Below are positions 11,930 through 24,354 of a DNA stretch of 64,000 nt, piece by piece (the first letter of the stretch is position 1; every line of letters begins with the position of its first letter). The position numbers and the translations under genes were made by a program. The DNA is taken from assembly GCA_030390025.1 (NCBI GenBank), contig CM059432.1:65660001-65724000 (forward strand). Direction: 5' to 3'. The notes under the pieces are model-generated. The model saw nothing but the letters and a program-made list of their open reading frames with translations. It was not told the origin of the DNA and made no database searches. Source of the stretch: Squalus acanthias (Eukaryota).

Positions 11930-14365
11930 ATGCCTGTGTCATGGCAACTGCCAGGGTACTTGGCGCAAACATGCACAATGATCTTCCTGTGGTTACACAC
12001 CAGCTGGACGTTAAGGGAGTGGAAGCCCTTGCGGTTGACAAATACAGCTGGGTTGTAATGGGTTGCCCTTAAGGCCACGTGTGCAGTCGATGACGCCCTG
12101 CACCCTTGGGAAGCCTGCCATATTTGCAAAGCCAACTACACACGACGTTACACTTGCTTCATCCGTGGAGAAGTGGATGTAATTGTACGACTTTGCAAAG
12201 AGGCCATCGGTAACCTGCATGATGCAGGTGTGTGCGGCCGACTGGGAGATGCCGCTGATGTCTGCTGCTGATCCCTGGAAGGAGCCCGAAGCAAAGAAGT
12301 TGAGTGCGGTGGTGACTTTGACAGCCACTGGTAAGGAGTGTCCACACACTCCTCTGGGCTCCAGGTGTTGGTGCAGCATTGTGCAGATGTCAGCGACTAC
12401 GTCTCGCGAAAGTCTCAGCCTCCTTTGGCACTGCTACTCACTCATGTTGAGGAAGTTCATCCTCGGCCTGTAAACCCTGTTCAGCCCTGCGCTGTGTAAA
12501 ATTCGCAATTATCGCGATTCGAAATAACGAGATAAAGCAGATTCGTTTCATCAGTTTTATTTCAACGAAATGCTGTCATGATTAAACAGGACACAGAAGC
12601 CTGTAAAATGGCCGCCGAGCATCGTGGCAGAAGCTTCCAGAATACAGTGGGCAGACAAGATGGCGTTCGAATAAACATTTCAGTAGAAGATTGGTTAATA
12701 CGCAGCAAACACTGATAAAGACAGGATGCAACCTGTCTGCATTCGACACAATAGCAAAGATATAAGTGCTGGAATCATTTTCCATGCACAAGTAAGGACC
12801 ATTGTAATGGGCAATCGAAGGCCCATCCAGACACAGCAATACACATATCAGTATTCGAGAAGGCCCCAAACCCAGTCAGGGAGACTCCTAGCCGGTTCGA
12901 CAATGGGGAAAACATTAACGGATAGTTGGCCAGTTTAAGGTGCTACCGAAACCCATTAAAGGAAAGAATTGCCCCATGCTGGGAGTTTTGTGCACCAGCA
13001 TTTCACAAAGGACAAACATTAAGATTTGAGCGGGAGATAAGGGAACACAGCACTATAACTATAGTGAACAAATGTCCATCAAGGGCTTATTCTCTGGATT
13101 CGACTCATATCTCTGCTGACTCTTGACTCGGGCTGGACTCTTGACTGATTGATCTCGCTGATGACTGCTGAACTTTTATTCTCCTATTCTGATCCTCGGG
13201 TATCGCTCTGCTGGACGAGCAGCCTTCTGTTTTTCTCTGGACTCTGTTGACTACGAGACGAGACGAGAAGAAGAGGAGAAGAATCCACATACCGCCACGG
13301 TCAGTAAACCCCGACCGCGCCCGAAAATACAAGAAAGAACTGCAGCGAAACGAGCCGAGTGCCTTACTTTAAAATTCTCCGAAGTATCACGAGTGGTGAG
13401 CATGTTTCCTCGATCCTACAAATCTAGATTAGTGTAGGTATTAATAGGGGAGGGTGGTTTTATCAAGGATAAATATAATGTGTTCCCCTTTTTACAATGT
13501 GCCGTGCGTTCCTCATTTCCCTAAACCTAGTTTTATAAATGTATGTAAGCTTGTACTGTCATTAATCTGTGCTTATGACATGTATTTCGTAATTCTGAAC
13601 AATATGCAATAAAGATTTCCATTTCGTACTATTCAACCGGGTCTATTTGAGTTTTTCTCTGCATTACTGCTCTCGCACCTAAGTCCAGTGTTAGAACCGT
13701 AAGGGCGAGTGGGTCGAACCACTCACAGGTGTTTAGTGCTACAAGGCTGGCTGGAGACCAGAGCAAGCAATAAGGCCTAACCCTGCACAAGCACCTACGA
13801 ACCGTAACCCCTTACAGCTGACGCCCTCTGCCCTGTGCAGCATCAGGTGGGTGAGGAGGAGGTTGGCGCTCTTGGCGTTGGTGCTGCTGTTGTGCCTGGT
13901 TTTGCTGCTGCCGCGGACTGCTCTTCCTCCAAATCTGACGACCAGGATGAGAGGATATGAATGGTTCCCATTCCGCTGGTGGATATTTCAGTTGAGCAAT
14001 AGAGGTTGCAAGCGCTCAGTCGAAGTGGCGAGAGGGTATTCCATGGGGGTCACACTGCAGATGGGTGTCAGCTTGAACAGTCACAAGATCAGTACAGCCG
14101 CAAAATGTTAGCCAAAACCTCAAAGCACTAACTTGTGCCATCTGAAACTCAGAGATGTTGCAGGACCGCTTTTAAGCTGTTAACTGCCTTAAGTGCCTCT
14201 CCTGCCGTTTGGTGTTGGGTCTGATCGGACACGCAGACCTGACACTTGGCAAAGTAGCGTGGAGGCGGAATGGCGACTGGTTCGCAACCCGCCGTCAATC
14301 ATTCCGATTTTTTACTCCCGACCCGCCTCCAAACCCATCCTCTGAGCGCCAGCAAATTCGCGGCC
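11930..14365 (-). mobile_element. Truncated Harbinger (copy 2): transposase 5' half plus one TIR, interrupted by a solo LTR
   Basis: [23 protein letters not shown] and [14 protein letters not shown] in ORFs at 11911-12379. Coding continues at 13817-13971. The terminus AAATTCGCGGCC at 14365 resembles the end of copy 1. Confidence 0.87.
12495..13816 (+). mobile_element. Solo LTR (1322 bp) of a Gypsy-type or retroviral element
   Basis: TGTAA...TTACA termini and a perfect 4-bp TSD GCTG (12491-12494, 13817-13820). AATAAA at 13608-13613. No gag/pol. The host transposase rejoins across it. Confidence 0.85.
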
Positions 14366-14799
14366 TTAATTATTCCAAAGCATGAGGTTGTGCGTATATA
14401 AAATGGACAGTATGTGCTTGACTGAGAGTGTGCTGAGCAATGAAAACACTAATCATTGAGGAACATTTTATACTTGGATCTGGATTATATACCGAGATGT
14501 TTGTCTGGCTCAGGAATTCCACATAATGGGAGTTAATGGAAAGTCATTTGGTCCACTGGAATTCTATGCTTGTTTGGACCACAATTATGCTTGGATCAGC
14601 TATACGTTTCTCAGGCATTAATTGCAGTGGCCTTTAATCCTCCTTCAAATAATACCCAACTTTGCACAGCATTTTCATCTGTTTTCTTACAAGAAGGTGA
14701 TTTTCCTTTATGTTAGCAAAGAAAAATACTACAAACAGCAGAGTTTTTTTGAGAAAATGGCCAGGATACTCTCAGTTCAGATATATATACTGTTGAATA

Positions 14800-15056
14800 C
14801 CCAATGAATTACTTTTTTGAAGTTTAGTTGCTGTTGTTTTTGTAGACAAATTCAGCAGGCAATTTGCACCCAGCAAGGTCCCACAAACACCCGAGAGAGG
14901 AATGACCAGTTCATCTGTTTTGCTGCTATTGGTTGAGGATGAATGTCATCCAAGACATTGGGAGAACTCCTGGCTCTTCTTCAAATATGTGCTGTGGGAT
15001 GTGTTACATCCATCTAAACAGACCAATGGGCCTAAACATCTCATCTGAAAGACATT
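14800..15056 (-). mobile_element. DeuSINE-type SINE, 3' part (continues at 23637 to about 23720 after the Harbinger insertion)
   Basis: Collinear with the SINE at 31270-31734. The ...ctcatctgaaagac | gcctccaacaatgcagc junction restores the SINE. Confidence 0.78.
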
Positions 15057-16054
15057 GGGGGAGAAATTGGCTAACCCCCGAAAACAGGCACAGGTTTTGC
15101 GATAAGCGATTAACCCGCATCCGTTTATTGCGATACAGGCAGCACGTTAAGTTTCTGCTGCCTGCTCTTTTAAATAATTGGCTGCACGCATCAGCAGGGG
15201 GCCCGATATCGCGAGTGGCTAGCGCTACTTAAAGGCAGCCTGCACCTCTTAAAGGGGAGGTGCATTTTGACTGCAAGAAGTGGTGGAGCTTTTTCACAAG
15301 GCAATCTGGACTGTGATACTTTGAGCAATGGCTGAACATGTGAGAGAGCGAGCACCAAGGTTTTCAGACAATGCACTGGAGGTCTTGATGGAAGAGGTAG
15401 AAAGAAGGAGAGACGTCCTGTATCTGTGGGCGGAGGTGGGGTGGGGGGGGGGGTGGTAACAGGAGGCCCTCCAGACATATGCTCAGGAGGCAGTGGAAAC
15501 AAGTAATGGCGGAGGTCAGGGCCAGGAATATTGCTCCAAGATAATGGATGCAGTGCAGGAAGAGGTTTAACGATCTAACACGAGTTGTCAAGGTGAGTGA
15601 GTTCATATTCAAATTGCCTATCCTACTAACTGCACCACTAGCCTCATCCACTGCTTAATTCACTACACCCCCATCACCCACCTACCAACAATCTCCATCA
15701 ATCAGTACTCAACCCTTCAATTCATATGCTTTACCTCACCCTCACACACTTAACACTGTTGGAAGCCTCATACCTACAACTCACAGCTTGCACACACTGA
15801 CAGCTATTCAACCATAACAGCCACATCACCCAAACATATTGCAGGACACTCACTGACACACTTCCCTCTTTCTTGCAGGAGAAAGTGGAGCATAACAGCA
15901 GGCAGCAGGAATTAACTGGAGGGGGAGAGGCGCGCCTGCATGTTTTAACCCCCATGGAGGAGACAGTGCTGGCCATCATGGGAAGGAGCATCACTGAGGC
16001 CATGGCCACTAACGGAGCTGGAGGGATCGATGATGAGGGTATCTGTATACTTAT

Positions 16055-17086
16055 AGGTTGTGGTGGTTGGTGGTCAATCATCACAGCCCCAGGAGTTCCC
16101 CAGGGCAGTGTCCCAGGCCTAACCATCTTCAGCTGCTTCATCAATGACCTTCCCTCCATCATAAGGTCAAAAGTGGAGATGTCCGCTGATGACTGCACAG
16201 TGTTCAGTGCCATTTGCAACCCCTCAGATAATGACGCAGTCCATGCCCGCATGCAACAAGACCTTGATGACATTCAGGCTTGGGCTGATAGGTGGCAGGT
16301 AACAATCGCACCACACAAGTGCCAGGCAATGACTATCTCCAAGAAGCGAGTCTAACTACTGCCCCTTGACATTCAACAGCATTACCATCACCGAACCCCC
16401 CACCAACAATATCCTGGGGGTCACCATTGACCAGAAACTTAACTGGACCAGCCACATAAATACTGTGGCAACAAGAGCAGGTCAGAGGCTAGGTATTCTG
16501 TGGCGAGTGTCTCACCTCCTGACTCCCCAAAGCCTTTCCACCATCTACAAGGCACAAGGAAGGAGTGTGATGGAATACTCTCCACTTGCCTGGATGAGTG
16601 CAGCTCCAACAACACTCAAGAAGCTCAACACCATCCAGGACAAAGCAGCCCACTTGATTGGCACCCCATCCACCACCTTAAACATTCACTCCCTCCACCA
16701 CCGGCGTACCGTGGCTGCAGTGTGTACCATCTACAAGATGGACTGCAGCAACTCGCCAAGGCTCCTTCGGCAACCCCTCCCAAACCCGCGACTTCTACCA
16801 CCTAGAAGGACAAGGGCAGCAGGCGCATGGGAGCACCACCACCTCCAAGTTCCCCTCCAAGTCACACACCATCCTGACTTAGAAGTATATCGCAGATCCT
16901 TCATCGTCGCTGGGTCAAAATCCTGGAACTCCCTCCCTAACAGCACTGTGGGAGTACCTTCACCGCACAGACTGCAGTGGTTCAAGAAGGCGGCTCATTA
17001 CCACCTTTTCAAGTGCAATTAGGGATGGGCAATAAATGCTGGCCTTGCCAGCGATGCCCAGATCCCAGGAACAAATAAAAAAAAAA
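16055..17086 (+). mobile_element. 5'-truncated non-LTR retrotransposon, CR1/L2-group family 'B' (clade unresolved)
   Basis: GVPQGSV.G.TIFSCFINDLP, SADDCT, LNIHSLHHRR and an A-rich tail. Same family as 36207, 42036 and 57400. Confidence 0.9.
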
Positions 17087-19989
17087 ATCCTCCTTCTCTC
17101 ATCCCACTTCTCCCTCATCCCACAATCTCTTCTGACTTAGAAGCTGCAGATGGTGTAAGCACGCACTTCTTACTTTCTCCTCTCTCCTCACAACAATCCA
17201 ATCCTTTTCCTTTTTTCATTTCAGATACCCAAGAACTGGAACCTTCCCAGTCAATGGAGGAACAGGAAGAAGACAGTGATATTGAGAAGACACCGTCATT
17301 CGATCTTACACTTGCAGCTGCCAGCTCAGAGACTGACACTGCGCATATTTTAGAGGCTAGGATGCAGGAGGGCTCTGCATATGGTGAGACACCGGAGCCA
17401 AGTATGCAGGAGCCATGGTGGGGGGGGAAAGGATAGCGCAGATGCCAGCTCGTCGGAGACCGAGATCACTCACTACTCCTGCTGCAGAGGAGCCAGATGA
17501 AGACTTCGATGGGCCAGCCTACAGAAGAAGGCTGATGGGTGTACATACCTAAATGCTTGGTGTACTGGAAAGCCTGACAAAAAGCTTGTGCTCAATGTCG
17601 AGGAGTAAAGCGCCAACTTGGCTTTGCACAGAGCTTGGAGCCCATTCTTTCCAACCTCCATTAGCACACCTGTGGAACCCACCATGATGCAGCATCTGAT
17701 GGCCGATGTCTCAGCATCCATTGCTGCACAAACAGCTTCAATCAAAGGTCTGAGTGCTGCAGTGGAAGCTCAGACTGCGGCCATCATGGCGCTGGATACC
17801 GCTGTTCAAAGGGGCTTCTAGGGGTCCATCAGATCAGTAAGATTGCTGAGGCGCCACCCTGCAATAATGGCATTGGCTCCATGGAGCACAAACCTGCTGT
17901 CCTCTCATAGGATGAAAGCATTCCTGCTCCTACCCCTGCCACTCTGCCAGTGCTCTTGCTGTTGCCTGTCAGCCAGCCCAGGCTGCTTCAGCCCAGGCTG
18001 GTGGTGCAGTCTGAAGCCGGGCCTTCTAGGCCTAGAGCTGCTCGAGGTTGCCCTCCAAGGCCATCGGCAGTCTCCTCAATTGGAAGTCAGCAGCCTTCCA
18101 CCACCCATGCTGAAGCCATTGGGGAAGTACTGAGGAGGGTATCAAGGTCGCAGGAATGTACCGGCAGACAGGAAGATGGCTTGAAGTGTGTCTACTTCAA
18201 TGCAAGGAGCATCCGGAATAAGGTAGGAGAACTTGGAGCGTGGATTGGTACTTGGGACTACGATGTGGTGGCCATTACGGAGACATGGTTAGAACAGGGA
18301 CAGGAATGGTTGTTGGAAGTTCCGGGGTATAGATGTTTCAGTAAGAGTAGGGAAGTTGGTAAGAAAGGTGGAGGAGTAGCATTGTTAATCAAGGATAGTT
18401 TAACAGCGGCAGAAAGGCAGTTCGAGGGGGGTCTGCCGTCTGAGGTAATATGGGCTGAAGTTAGAAATAGGAAAGGAGCGGTCACGTTGTTAGGAGTTTT
18501 CTACAGGCCCCCAAATAGTAATAAAGATGTGGAGGAAGAAATTGCAAAGCAGATTATGAATAGGTGTGGAGGTCACAGAATAGTTGTCATGGGTGACTTC
18601 AACTTTCCAAATATTGATTGGAACCTTTATAGGTCAAACAGTTCGGATGGGATAGATTTTGCAGAGTGTGTGCAGGAGGGTTTCCTGACACAATATGTGG
18701 ATAGGCCGACAAGAGGTGGGGCCACGTTGGATTTGGTACTGGGTAATGAACCGGGCCAAGTGTTTGATTTGTATGTGGGAGAGCACTTTGGAGATAGTGA
18801 CCACAATTCGGTAACTTTCACTATTGCAATGGAGAGGGATAGGGCCATACGGCAGGGCAGGGTTTATAATTGGGGGAGGGGTAATTATGATGCGATTAGG
18901 CAAGAATTAGGGAGTATAAGATGAGAACAGAAACTATCAGGGAAAGGCACAAACGAAAAGTGGAGCTTTTTCATGGAGCAATTACTGCGTGTCCTTGATA
19001 GGTATGTCCCTGTCAGGCAGGGAGGAAATGGCCGAGTGAGAGAACCATGGTTCACAAAAGAGGTTGAATGTCTAGTCAAGAGGAAAAAGGAAGCGTATGT
19101 AAGGATGAGAAAACAAGGTTCAGTTGGGTCGATTGAGGGGTACAAGGTAGCAAGGAATGAGCTAAAAAAAGAGCTTAGGAGAGCTAGGAGGCGGCATGAG
19201 AAGTCCTTGGCGGGTCGGATCAAGAAAAACCCCAAGGCTTTTTACTCTTATGTGAGAAATAAAAGAATGACCAGGGTGAGGGTAGGGCCGGTCAAGGACA
19301 GTAGTGGGAACTTGTGCATGGAGTCAGAAGAGATAGGAGAGGTGATGAATGAATACTTTTCGTCAGTGTTCACCGAGGAGAGGGGCCATGTTCTTGAGGA
19401 TGAGAGTGTGATAAAGGTGGATAGGCTGGAGGTGGTAGATGTTCTGAGGGAAGATGTTTTAGCAATTTTGAAGAACCTGAGGGTCGATAAGTCCCCTGGG
19501 CCAGATGGGATATATCCTAGGATTCTTTGGGAGGCAAGGGAGGAGATTGCAGAGCCTCTGGCTTTGATCTTTGGGTCCTCACTGTCCACGGGGATGGTGC
19601 CAGAGGACTGGAGAGTGGCGAATGTTGTTCCTCTCTTCAAGAAAGGAAATAGGAATGACCCTGGTAATTATAGGCCGGTTAGTCTTACTTCGGTGGTTGG
19701 TAAGATAATGGAAAAGGTCCTGAGGGATAGGATTTATGACCATTTGGAAAGGGGCAACTTAATCAGGGATAGTCAACACGGATTCGTGAAGGGTAAGTCT
19801 TGCCTAACAAATTTGATTGAATTCTTTGAGGAGGTAACTAAGTGTGTAGATGAAGGTAGAGCAGTTGATGTCGTATACATGGATTTTAGTAAGGCGTTTG
19901 ATAAGGTTCCCCATGGTCGTCTCATGAAGAAAGTAAGGAGTTGTGGGATAGAGGGAAATTTGGCCGATTGGATAAGTAACTGGCTATCT

Positions 19990-20486
19990 GATATCCAAGT
20001 TCCGCACTCATGAAGACGGTCTCAACCGGGATCTTGGGTTTATGTCACGATACATGACGTGATCCGGACTCGAGTCGTCGTTGGCTTGTTCACAGATGTG
20101 ATTCCCAGTAAAAAAGTAAAAATTTTCCCAGTAAAAAAGTAAAAATTTTAAAGCTTTTCGTTTTACATACAGACGGCAGCTTTTGACACGTTAGAACCCC
20201 TGCGACTACACCTCATTGTCTCAGTTGTATCTTGCTATGTCTTTGATGTGGTACCTTCCTGGCTGACTTGATTAACTTTATCACACCTCGGCAGATAGTC
20301 AGGATGATTTAATTTAGTGGTCTGCAATTGTAAGGTACACATGTTTTGTTCTCTATCTATATATGCTTTGGCGATTCTGTATCTAATTTACTTCACCTGA
20401 GGAAGGAGCAATCGATAGCTCCGAAAGCTTGTGATTTCAAATAAAACTGTTGGACTATAACCTGGTGTTGTGCGACCTCTCAATTT
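19990..20486 (+). mobile_element. 5'-truncated Penelope-like element inserted in the CR1 RT
   Basis: TATCT TSD (19985-19989, 20487-20491). It starts with a Penelope-type ORF C-terminus (ISKFRTHEDGLNRDLGFMSRY) and ends with a hammerhead motif and AATAAA. Confidence 0.85.
20393..20434 (+). ncRNA. Minimal type I hammerhead ribozyme (Penelope-associated)
   Basis: TCAC-CTGAGGA-A-GGAGC(aatcgata)GCTCC-GAA-AGCT-T-GTGA: stem I, catalytic core, stem II and palindromic stem III. Confidence 0.72.
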
Positions 20487-21796
20487 TATCTCATAGAAGG
20501 CAGAGGGTGGTGGTGGATGGAACATTTTCGGACTGGAGACCAGTTACCAGCGGTGTGCCACAGGGGTCGGTGCTGGGTCCTCTGCTGTTTGTGATTTTTA
20601 TCAATGACTTGGAGGAGGGGACTGAAGGGTGGATCAGTAAATTTGCTGATGACACCAAGATTGGTGGAGTAGTGGATGAGGTGGAGGGCAGTTGTAGGCT
20701 GCAAAGAGACATTGATAGGATGCAGAGCTGGGCTGAAAAATGGCAGATGGAATTTAACCCTGATAAGTGCGAGGTGATTCATTTTGGTAGGGCAAATTTG
20801 AATAAGGATTACAGGGTCAACGGCAGGGTTCTGAGGAACGTGGAGGAGCAGAGGGATCTGGGGGTTCATATCCACAGATCTCTGAAGGTTGCCACTCAAG
20901 TGGATAGAGCAGTAAAGAAGGCCTATGGTGTGTTGGCGTTTATTAACAGAGGGTTTGAGTTTAAGAACCGTGAGGTTATGCTGCAACTGTACAGGACCTT
21001 GGTGAGACCACATTTGGAATATTGTGTGCAGTTCTGGTCACCTCACTATAGGAAGGACGTGGAAGCATTGGAAAGAGTGCAAAGGAGATTTACCAGGATG
21101 CTGCCTGGTTTGGGGGGGAGGTCTTATGAGGAAAGATTGAGGGAGTTGGGGCTTTTCTCTTTAGAGCGGAGGAGGATGAGAGGCGACTTAATAGAGGTTT
21201 ATAAGATGATGAGGGGGATAGATAGAGTGGATATTCAGAGACTATTTCCTCGGGTAGAGGCAGCTGTTACAAGGGGGCATAACTATAAGGTGCATGGGGG
21301 GAGATATAGAAGAGATGTCCGAGGTAGATTCTTTACTCAGAGAGTGGTTGGGGGGTGGAATGGACTGCCTGCTGTGATAGTGGAGTCGGACACTTTAGGA
21401 ACTTTCAAGCGGTTATTGGATAAGCACATGGAGCACACCAGAGTGATAGGGAGTGTGATAGCTTGATCTTGGTCTCGGACAATGCTCGGCACAACATCGA
21501 GGGCCGAAGGGCCTGTACTGTGCTGTACTCTTCTATGTTCTATGTTCTATGAAGCACCTCATAGGAGCACTGGAAGAGGCAAAGGCACACAGAAGAAGCA
21601 CTAAGGGAATGCACAATGGTGATTAGTTTATTTTTGTATGCAATTTGTCATGATTAAATTTATAAAATTGGATTAGAATGTGCATTTTTTGGATGTTTTT
21701 ATTTTTGTGTTGTCAGAAAGGACGATGTGATGGTTAGTGATAGAGGAAAGTTAAGGAGTGTGGGACTGTTGGTGAATGGGAAGGTGTGGTTGAGGT

Positions 21797-22905
21797 TATT
21801 GATATCGCTCATGAATTATTTGATCATGTACAGCCTGGGCAGAAAGTGGCTGTCTACGTTGTAGCCTTCATTCCTCTTCTGGTTCCTCCACTTCCTCCTC
21901 TTCCTCCTCTTCTTCCTTGTGCTCTTGCTCTTCAGCTTCTCGCTTGATAGGTGGTGGCAAGGGCTGTTCCCTCATAATGACCAGGTTGTGCAGCATGCAT
22001 ACAAATCTTGTTACCTGCACAACTGAGTACTGCAGGGCTCCTCCAGAGCGGTCCAGGCAGCGGAAGCGTTGTTTGTGGACACCGATGGTGTGCTCTATAA
22101 TGTTCCTTATGGCAGCATGGCTCTCATTGTAAGCCTGCTGTGCACGGGTTCAGAGCAGAGTCATGAGCCACACCATGAGTGAATAACCCTCATTGCCCAA
22201 TAACCAGCCTTTGACTTGCCGTGAAGGGCCAAATGCAGGTGGTGCAGAGGGCTGCCGCAGAATGAAGGAATCATGACTACTGCCAGGATAACGGGCATTC
22301 ACCCGCATATGGTCACATACCAGCTGCACATTGAGCGAGTGGAATCCCTTTCGGTTCATGAAAATGGCCAAGTTCACATGAGACACACGCAAGGCAATGT
22401 GCGTGCAGTCAGTGGAACCCTGCAATCGGTGTAAACCCTCGTGCTCCCTCTGCCTGCTTGTCTCTGGCAAGAGGGAATGAGATGAAGCTGTCTCTGTGTA
22501 TAGAGAGCCTCAGTGACCTCCTTTTGCAGCAAACTGCGAGATGTTGCTTACATCTCCAGCAGCAGCCTGCAAGGAGCCAGATGCATAAGGAGCCACGGTC
22601 ACCTTGACAGCTAGAGGCAATGTGGTCCTTTCCCTGTTTTCAAGTTGCAGTGGTGGGTGCAGCAGTTGGCAGATTTCAGTCACGACTGCTTTTGTGAAGC
22701 GAAGACATCTCAAGCATTGGTTGTCGCTGAAGTTGAGATAAGCGAATTGCTCCCTAAACACACTCTGTGGATAAGGCCTCCTGCTGAGAGCCCTTCTCCC
22801 CCTCCTCCTCCTCCCTCTGCTAGCAGCTTGTCCTGATCTGCTTGGCCTCTCTTCATTCCCCCAGTCATGTTCAATTCCCAGAGAAAGCTCTACCAGGCCA
22901 CCCAT
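21797..22905 (-). pseudogene. Harbinger transposase of copy 3, frameshifted
   Basis: [51 protein letters not shown]. Confidence 0.9.
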
Positions 22906-23161
22906 GTCTGGAAGCAACTGGTTTCAGCACAAGCTTTTAAATCAACAAAAAGTACTTCAGCACCGACCTGACCACTCCCTGTAGGCTATTCAAACATTAG
23001 CCAAGTATCGGAAAGCTCCAAAAATGCGTACATTTGTGCCAGCAGCCAGAAGAAATAATCCAGCAAAATCTGTAAGTAATTCATGATCCCTTTAAGTAGA
23101 GCTGGTGGGGGGGTCCTTCATTTCATTTAATGCGTGTTCAGCTGTGCGAGGTTAAGAGAGG

Positions 23162-23381
23162 AAATAAAAACAGAAAATGTTGAAAATACTCAGCAGGTCA
23201 GGCAGCATCTGTGCAGAGAGAAACAGAGTTAATGTTTCAGGTCGATGACCTTTCGTCAGACTCTCTGAAAATGTTAACTCTGTTTCTCTCTCCACAGATG
23301 TTGCCTGACCTGCTGAGTATTTCCAGCATTTTCTGTTTTTATTTCAGGTTTCCAGCATCCGCAGTATTTTGCTTTTGTATT
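23162..23381. mobile_element. Fold-back mini-insertion made only of Penelope 3' ends
   Basis: Inverted copy of the 3' end joined to a direct copy. 19-bp TSD TGTGYGAGGTTAAGAGAGG (23143-23161, 23382-23400). Confidence 0.88.
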
Positions 23382-24354
23382 TGTGTGAGGTTAAGAGAGG
23401 ACGTAGGCTGGACTGTGCAGTTGTGAAATGGCAGCGCTGGCGTCAATAATGTCATAATCTGCCTGCTCTGCATGCTTCCGGCGGTCGTTAGGTGTGCGCA
23501 CGCAAACCTCTTTACCAAGGTGGTGTCCGCCACATTTCCCGTCGGAAGTGTGCGCGCATCTCGGACCCTATTTGCGAGCGTTAGGAGGCCGCCGAGTGCC
23601 TAAAAAACGGGCGCAACACAGCCCAATTACTCCCCTATTGCCTCCAACAATGCAGCATTCCTTCAGCGAGGCACTGAAACGTCAGCCTAGATTATGTGCC
23701 AAAGTCCTGATTTAGGGTGGGAGCCCTCCAGGAGGCTCCCTCACACCGATTCAATTTCCCACTGGTCGCAGTATATCTCAAGTCTAGTACAAAGCCATAT
23801 TTTAAAAGATCCCAAGCTGTCCTTTGGACTACCCAAGAACCTTTACACTTTTTTGGGTTCATTTTAATGTTCAGACCAAGCAGATGACTCTCATCTGACA
23901 TTAAGATTAGCTGCTGGAGGAGTAGAGATCTGCATAAGCCTCAAAGCATGCATGCACAGAGTGTCATTGTCAGTGGATTGCACTGTTGGCCAGACTGTGT
24001 TAAGTCTGCAATATAACAGAGTCTGCCAGCTGCACAAAGCGATCAGTTGATACAGGTTTCAGATCAGTGGCTCCAGAAGAACTATGATTCTGGTGAAGTC
24101 TGCTAAAGTATCAAGAAGAAGAATTCCCTATTGACCATGATAAAACTGAAACAGTTCCTCCTTTAGGATATACTTCAACAAATATTGATATTCAAAATCA
24201 ACATATATATTTTTATTGGTGCAATAGCGTCCATTGCCTTCTAATTATTATACATTCATGTTTACTTGCTCTGGGAGACAGAGGACTAATAAAACTGTTC
24301 TACATGATGATGATTGCGATCATGTGAACTATGGCCTGGTCATGTATTATGAGA

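Larger units (their letters stand above)
18128..21550 (+). mobile_element. Young CR1 LINE with near-complete ORF2 (APE endonuclease + RT)
   Basis: YFNARSIRNK, ITETW, YRPPN, MGDFN, SDHN (APE); DFSKAFDKVPH, SKFADD (RT). One premature TGA at 18922-18924. (TTCTATG)n tail and a probable GAAG TSD. The frame is restored by removing 19990-20491. Confidence 0.96.
15328..21604 (+). pseudogene. Harbinger Myb/SANT-like gene (exons 15328-15592, 15879-16038, 17225-18127 plus about 21555-21604), with stops and LINE insertions
   Basis: MAEHVRERAPRFSDNALEVLMEEVERRRDVLY...QW..V...WMQCRKRFNDL, then AAG|GTGAGT. Canonical AG acceptors at 15878 and 17224. Confidence 0.85.
15057..23636. mobile_element. Full-span decayed Harbinger (copy 3) carrying four nested retroelements
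   Basis: TIRs GGGGGAGAAATTGG / CCAATTACTCCCCT and a perfect ATT TSD (15054-15056, 23637-23639). Myb-like gene on +, transposase on -. Confidence 0.92.

Noticed and set aside
15873..16355. 160-aa ORF joining Myb-like and RT sequence
   Set aside because: Read-through of the exon 2 donor (16039) into an inserted LINE; not a real gene.
17950..18924. In-frame fusion of the Myb-like C-terminus with the CR1 endonuclease
   Set aside because: The upstream Myb gene has stops and frameshifts, and one in three junctions is in frame by chance.
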